Below, one piece after another: positions 57,598-64,000 of a DNA stretch of 64,000 nt. Each line of letters starts with the position of its first letter. The stretch's first letter is position 1. The notes below the pieces were generated by a model. The model was not told where the DNA came from. It was given only the letters and a program-made list of their open reading frames with translations, and made no database searches. The stretch spans positions 39,707,257-39,771,256 of the forward strand of contig NC_058131.1 in the NCBI RefSeq assembly GCF_016433145.1, in the 5' to 3' direction. The stretch is from Gracilinanus agilis (taxonomy: Eukaryota). Both the position numbers and the translations under genes were made by a program.

Positions 57598-57930
57598 CTT
57601 CTGGCATTCTGTGCTTCATATTCTAGAGTCTTGGCCCCACCTCTGATGTTCTGTGCTCTACCTCTGGGGTTCTGTGCACCATATTCCAGAGCCCCCTCCA
57701 CCTCTGGGGTTCTGTGCTCCACATTCCAGAGCCCTAGCCACCTGGGCGTTCTATGCTCCATATTCTAGAGCCCCCTCCCCACCTCTGGGGTTCTGTGCAC
57801 CATATTCTAGAGCCCCCTCCACCTCTGGTATTCTATGCTCCATATTCTATAGTCCTTTCTATCCATGGTAGTCTGTGCACTGTATTCTATGGTCCTGTCC
57901 ACCCATGATATTCTATGTTCCATGGTCTAG
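57598..57930. repeat. 40-bp minisatellite, about 8 copies with decayed edges
   Basis: Consensus cctctggggttctgtgcaccatattc(c/t)agagccccctcca. Best copies at 57661-57700, 57701-57740 and 57782-57821. Confidence 0.93.
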
Positions 57931-59427
57931 CCTAGTGTTGACATTCTGTATTCTTTTTCTATCATCCATCTCAGTTCTTTTCAATGGATAATGGATAAAT
58001 TTAGAAATAGTTTGACAGAGAAGCTAGGTAGCTCAGTGGCTAGAGAGCCAGACCTAAAGACAGGAGGTCCTGGGTTCAAACCTGGACCCTAAGTGTGTGA
58101 CTCTGGGCAAGCCACATAATGCCAATTGTCTAGTCCTAACTACTCTTTTGCCTTGAAATCAATAGAAAGTACAGGTTTTTATTTAAAGAGAGAGAGAGAG
58201 AAACACTTTGACAAAATATAAGGCATTCTACTACTTCAAAAGATTGTTTTTGTGAATGGTCTTATGCTATGGGCCAGGATTCTTAGGTTCTAAGTTAGGT
58301 CACTCATTAATATTTCCTGGGGCAAGTCACTCAACCTGCAGCAGCCTGTTTTTGAGTTAGTGAGGTGAAGTAGAAAACATTCCAGATGTGGAAGTCAGAA
58401 AAAAACTTCTGACACTGCATAACCTTGAGAAAGTTACAACTTACTGAGCCTCAGTTTCTTTATCTGTAAAACAGAGATACTAATGCCTATAATATCTACC
58501 TTACTGGGTTGTTATAAGGATCAACTGAAATAATGGCTAGAAAGCCCCTTGTAAAACTCAAAATACTACATGAAAATCTATTATTATTGTGTTCCTACAG
58601 GTAAAGTGGTCTTTTGTCTACTTCCCTGGAGTAATGTGAGGACATAACCTACTATTTATATAGTATTTTAAGGTTTCCAAAGCTCGTTACAGATATTATC
58701 TCTTGGGAGCAGCTAGGTGGTTCAGTGGATTAAGAACTGAGTCTAGAGATGGGAGGTACCGGGTTCAAATCTGAAATCCAAATACTTCCTAGCTATATGA
58801 CCTTGGGCAAGTCATTTTACTCCCATTGCCTAGCCCTTCCTACTGTTCAGTCTTGGAATGAATAGTCTAGTAGTCATTCTAAGACAGAAGGTAAGGGCTT
58901 CTAAAAAATAAAACAAATATTATTCCATGTTATCTTTATTAAAACTCTTGGAGGTAGATGTCATTTTACTCATTTTACAGATGAGTAAATTAAGGCAGAG
59001 GCAGGTTAAATGATTTGCCAAGTAACATACAGCTATTAAGTGTCAGAGGTTGGATTTGAATTCAGCTCTTTCTGACTCCAGGTCCAACGCTCTACCCACT
59101 GTGACTCCAATCTGCCTTCTGGGTGAAGATTTGTCAGTGTAATAATGAAAGTAAAATTATTAAATGTAATATTAATTAAAAAAAGTATGATCGCCATTTA
59201 TAAAATTAACTCTCAAGTCAGGAGTCTGTTAGTAGCTCTTAACAATTAAGTTTTTGATAAAAATGGAGATATGATAAAAAAGGGAAATGTAGGAAAAAGA
59301 CAGAAAATTTCACCTAGCTAAATACCTAAGCTGAATCAGGAAGCCTGCCAAAGTCCACAAAAAAACCCTCGAGCACCCAGCAGGCACCAGAGCTCCCACT
59401 CAAGACCATCTTCCACTGTGCCAACCC

Positions 59428-59555
59428 TGAGAGAGGGAGAGAGAAAGAGACAGAGAGACAGAGAGAAAAAGAGAGACAGAGATAAAGGGTGGGGGAGAGG
59501 GGAGAGAGAGAGGGAAGGGGAGACAGAAACAGAGAGAGAGAGAGAGAGAGAGAGG
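59428..59555. repeat. GA-rich / (GA)n tract
   Basis: Interrupted GAGA/GACA runs. Confidence 0.9.
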
Positions 59556-60996
59556 CAGACCTCCCCTCACACACCACGCCTTTTTACTTCTGTCCCCCTC
59601 CATCACAAAGTACACATGTAAAATGGGATGTGGGGTAGGACAAACTTAGTGGTTTCTATCTACACACCAGGGTATAAATAATTAAATAATAAACAAACAA
59701 ACAAACAAATAAATATATGAATGAAAGGGTAGTCTACTGTTTGTTACATTTATTACTATTAGATCAGACATAGTAGAAATGGAGAAATTAGGTGCCCACT
59801 CCAAAGCATGAAATCATAGGACATAGGAGAGGGCTGGAAAGGATTTTAAAACAATGTCAGAGCAAGAAAACACTTTAAAGCACTGATTATAGGATATTAT
59901 ACTGGGGGGAAGTATTTTATAGAATATTGGAGGCAGTTAGATGGTAAAGTAGAGAGAGTGGGGACCTGGAGTCTTCTTGAGTTCAAATTATCCTCAAATA
60001 CTTACTAGCTGAGTGACCCTGGGTGAGTCGCTTAACCTTGTTTGCCTAACTTTTCTCATCTAAAAAATGAGCTAGACAAGGAAATGGCAAACCACTCGGG
60101 TATCTTTGCCAAGAAAATCTCAAAAGGGGTCATAGAAAGTTGGACGTGACTAAAAGCAACTGAACAACATATAATATTAGAAGGGACTCCAGTGATCATT
60201 AAGACCTGTCTACTCATTTTAGCAAGGAGGAAAGTGAAATCTATGGAAAGGAAATGAGTTGCAAATTTATGGCAGAGTTGGTATTTAGAAGCCAGGTATC
60301 TATCCTGTCTCCCAGGCTAAGGTTCCATGCCTCACTGTCTCTATTACATCATGGGAGACCAAGCAATAAGAGGGGTGGACTCTGACTTCCAAAATTAATT
60401 CAATTTAATTCAATAAACATGTATTAAGAACTTACCAAGGGCCAGGCATAATGCTAAGCCCTGGAGATACAAAAAAACAACAACAAAAAAAGCAGACAGA
60501 AAGATAGTTCCTGCCCTCAAGGAGCTTACAGTCTAATTAGGGAGACAGCATACCAACAAAGATTACAAAGCAAGCTCTGTGCTGGATAAATCAGAAGAGA
60601 TTAGGAAAGGGAAAGTGCTGGTAGCTAAAGGGATAAAATGTGTCTGAGGCTCTGACTGCTTTGCTTTGGTACAGCCAGAGTTTGGGTAGCCAGGGATCAT
60701 TCAAGAAAGTCCTCCATTATTTTCCTTCCTAATTCCTAATCCAATATTCCATCCTCTGAGGATTAAGAAGGGAAATTCAGAGATTCAGGATGAGGGATTT
60801 AGGAGAGATATCAGGAAGCTCCTGGAGAATTATTAGCCAGAAAAAAAAAGGAGTGATTTCCTCTGATTGGCTGAATGAAGGACTTACTTCACTTACATTA
60901 CAGCTTCCTTATATCTGTCCTGGGACCTTAAGATGCTGGGGGCCAAGGTAATAATAAAAAAATTGAATGTTAAAGGGTTTTTATAAAATAGATCAC

Positions 60997-61438
60997 CAGG
61001 GGGCAGCTAGATGGCTCAGTGGGTTGAGAGCCAGACCTAGAGATGGGAGGTCCTGGGTTCAAATTTGATTTCAAATCCTTCCAAAATGTATGACCCTGGG
61101 CAAGTCACTTAATCCTCCAATGCCTAGTCCTTACCATTCTTCTGCCTTGGGATCAATACACAGTATTGATTACAAGATGGAAGGTAAGGGTATTAAATAA
61201 ATTAATTAGGGAACAGCCGGGTAGCTCTAGGATTGAGAGCCAGGCCTAGAGACAGGAGGTCCTGGGTTCAAATATGGCCTCAGACACTTCCCAGCTGTGT
61301 GACCCTGGGTAAGTCACTTAAGCCCCATTGCCTAGCCCTTACCACTCTTCTGCCTTGGAACCAATACACAGTATTGATTTCAAGATGGAAGCTATAGGTT
61401 AAAAAATTTTTTTTTCATTAAAAAAATTTTAATTAATT
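60997..61438 (+). mobile_element. SINE1-type SINE with a second copy inserted in its tail
   Basis: Outer TSD aaatagatcac at 60986-60996 and 61439-61449; inner copy flanked by aattaatta. Confidence 0.88.
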
Positions 61439-61704
61439 AAATAGATCACAAAATGTCAAAGCTGAAAGAGACCCTAGAACACAGAACAAAGAGCTCTGAA
61501 CAGGAAAGCAACTTAAAACCTAGAGCATAGAATATGAGGAAAGAGCCTTAGATCACTGAATGACAGAAGAAAGAAAGCCCTGGGAACATATAAGCTAGAA
61601 GGGACCTTGGGTTGTAAACTATCAGAGCTTGAAAAAATCTTGGGCTATAGACCATAAAACGCTAACCTAGAAGGGGCCTTGGATAATCTGATCATTCTAA
61701 AAGG

Positions 61705-62250
61705 GGGAGGAATGAAGGGGTGTCCATCAATTGGGGAATGGCTGAACAAATTGTGGTATCTGATGGTGATAGAATACTATTGTGCCAAAAGGAATAATAA
61801 ACTGGAGGAATTCCATGTGGACTGGAACAACCTCTAGGAAGTGATGCAGAGTGAAAGGAGCAGAACCAGGAGAACATTATGCACAGAGACGGATACACTG
61901 TGGCACAATCAAATGTAATGGACTTCTCCACTAGCAGCGATGCAATGACCCAGGACAGTTCTGAGGGACTTATGAGAAAAAAATGTTATCCACATCCAGA
62001 GAAAGAACTGTGGGAGTAGAAACACAGAAGAAACACAACTGCTTGATCACATGGATTGATGGGGATATGATTGGGGATGTTGACTCTAAACGATCACTCT
62101 ATTGCAAATAATAATATGGAAAAAGGTCTCGATCAATGATACATGTAAAATACAGTAGAATTGCTCGTTGGCTACAAGAGGAGGAAGGAAGGAGGAGAAG
62201 GAAAGAATATGAATTATGTAACCATGGGGAAATACTCTAAATTAAATAAA
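61705..62250 (+). mobile_element. L1 3' end (ORF2 tail and 3' UTR)
   Basis: ccatcaattggggaatggctgaacaaattgtgg..agagtgaaaggagcagaaccaggagaac..; terminates in (taaa)n. Confidence 0.92.
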
Positions 62251-63499
62251 TAAATAACTTTTAAAAAATAAGAAATAATAAAGTGGGGAGGAAACTGGCA
62301 GAGAGAGGGATGGGAGTGATAATTGGAAATAGCACAGGCCTGAAGATAAGTACTAACACTGTCTCTGGGCTAGTCTTTTTTTTTCTTTTTCAAGCTTATT
62401 TTCCTCATCTGAGTAGGTCAGACTAGACCTAGTTCTTTTAGGCTCCAAATTCTACCATCCTGCCATTTTACCATCCAGATTCTCTGTTTTCTCTTCTAGA
62501 AATTGAAGGCAATAATATTTACACTATTTATCTCTCAGGACTACTGTGCAGAAGGCTCTCCACAAACCTAAAAACATAACATTAATTATTATTATCTGAC
62601 TGGATAAGAGTCATGCTTCATAGGCTGGCAGTGGGGAGAGTACTAAGGCCAGTTCTGAGATTCTCCCCAAGAGTTCATGTCCCCCAGATTGAGTCTACTT
62701 ACTTCACCAGCATGCGGTCTCTTCATTCAAGACCCTCATGGGCAGAATGGTCTATACTAGAGGGAGATAAATCAGTTATCTGGGAAGACATGTTTGGCAA
62801 TGCTCCATCTTCCCCCTCTAAATATGTTCTATTGGTGAAGAAGAAGAGCTAGATTTGGAATCAGAAGACCAGGGTTCAAATCCCAGTTTTGCCACTTGGC
62901 CACCTCTCCTCCTTGGACTTCAGTTCCCTTCTTAATAATTAGGAGCAGATCAATCCTAAGATCCCTTCCAGCATACACTCCTAAGAGAACCTGGGATATT
63001 GACTTTCAAAGGACTTGACTTAACAAAGTGATGTACTAGAGCTGAGAGGCAAAGGCAGGGACCCAAAAATAAAGAGAATTAAACAGAACAATGGGGAGAA
63101 GCTGAGGCATGGAAAGGTAGGCATGGGTGGACTAGGGAAAGGATTCAGTTCAATTCTGCAAACATCCATTGCCTTTATTAAGTATGTCTTTCACGCAAAG
63201 CCCTATACTAGGTGGAAAAGAAAAAAAGCAGAGGAGACACTCCTTGACCTCGAGGAGTTTATAATAAAGAAGGGGGCAAAATGAAGAGAGCATTGGGCTT
63301 GGAATCAGGAAGACTCATGTCCTGGTCTTCAAATCCAACCTCAGACACTAGTTGTATGACTCTGGGCAAGTCACTTTACCTTGTCTGCCTCAGCTTCCTT
63401 ATCTATTAAGTGAGCTGGAGAAGGAAATGACAAACCATTCCAGGGTCTCCGGCAAGAAAACCCCAAATGGGGTCATGAAGAGTTGGACATGACTGAAAA

Positions 63500-63835
63500 A
63501 CATATACACAGAGAACTATAATTACAAGTTAGCTTCAGTTAAGTGTAAAAAAGGTTGGAGAAGCATTAAAATGTAAACTACTTGAAAGTCAGAAGAAAAC
63601 ATGATTTATCACTTCTTTATTTGGGTGCTTGATTTGGGATTTTGATTTTATAAGATTACTCTCTTACAAAAATGATTAATAGACAAACAGTTTTGAATAA
63701 TAATACACGTATAACCCAGTGGAATAGCTTGTTAACTCTGGGATCAGGAAGAGAAGAGGGGAGGAAAAGAACACAAATCATGTAAACTTGAAAAACTTAT
63801 TTGTAAATTTCTTACTGGAATAAAAAATTAAAAAA
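63500..63835 (+). mobile_element. L1 3' UTR terminal fragment
   Basis: acacgtataacccagtggaatagcttgttaactc..gaggaaaagaacacaaatcatgtaaac; A-rich end. Confidence 0.7.
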
Positions 63836-64000
63836 AAAATCCAAAAAAACCTCATGTAAACTACTTGAGGGCAAGTAGTTTTGTCTCTGGGTCCCCAGCC
63901 CCTTCCTTGCCTTAGTGCCATGCAAATAGGGGGTAGTTACACTGATTTGATGGACTTAGAAATAATAGGAGAGATTACTTTAGGAGTTGGAAGTAGAAAG

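Noticed and set aside
57598-57930. Regular repeat array as a possible CRISPR
   Set aside because: Eukaryotic context, contiguous units without unique spacers, and no cas genes.
59326-62779. Two minus-strand exon-like segments (62779-62703 with a gtaagt donor; 59426-59326 behind a TC tract) as upstream KATNB1 or DRC7 exons
   Set aside because: The joined ORF is only about 33 codons and matches nothing I recognise, and the second acceptor's pyrimidine tract is a microsatellite. Needs RNA junction evidence.
52179-64000. Searched by eye for DRC7 or KIFC3 exons on either strand
   Set aside because: No recognisable peptide found. Short diverged exons could be missed without tBLASTn.

Overview
Mammalian genomic DNA. 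The dense SINE1_Mdo-like, MIR/Mar1-like, L1, L2 and CR1/L3 repeats point to a didelphid marsupial, probably Monodelphis; this is inferred from the repeats only. The draft has five N gaps (112-258, 2304-2566, 7253-7401, 33108-33740, 51678-52178). Three protein-coding genes are supported by exon-level reading. (1) The terminal coding exon and 3' UTR of ADGRG1/GPR56 (+, 903-1030). (2) ADGRG3/GPR97 (+), 11 coding exons from 8864 to 32804 that splice into one open frame of 496 codons; the last exon is missing. (3) KATNB1 (-), 10 coding exons from 49903 to 33837 (1043 nt, all WD40 repeats); the 3' exons and the non-coding first exon are missing. No gene could be supported in 52179-64000. I found no evidence for a new multi-gene biological system. 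The best second-look items are: a decayed genomic duplicate of ADGRG3 exon 10 lying upstream of exon 9; the tail-to-tail ADGRG3/KATNB1 arrangement across a gap too small for the missing exons, with a perfect 24-bp palindrome running into that gap; five upstream ATGs in the KATNB1 leader, including a 74-codon in-frame uORF; an apparently frameshifted ancestral ADGRG3 start codon; and three copies of one hAT MITE family, one nested in a young SINE. All homology calls come from recalled protein and repeat sequences, not from database searches, and repeat boundaries are approximate.
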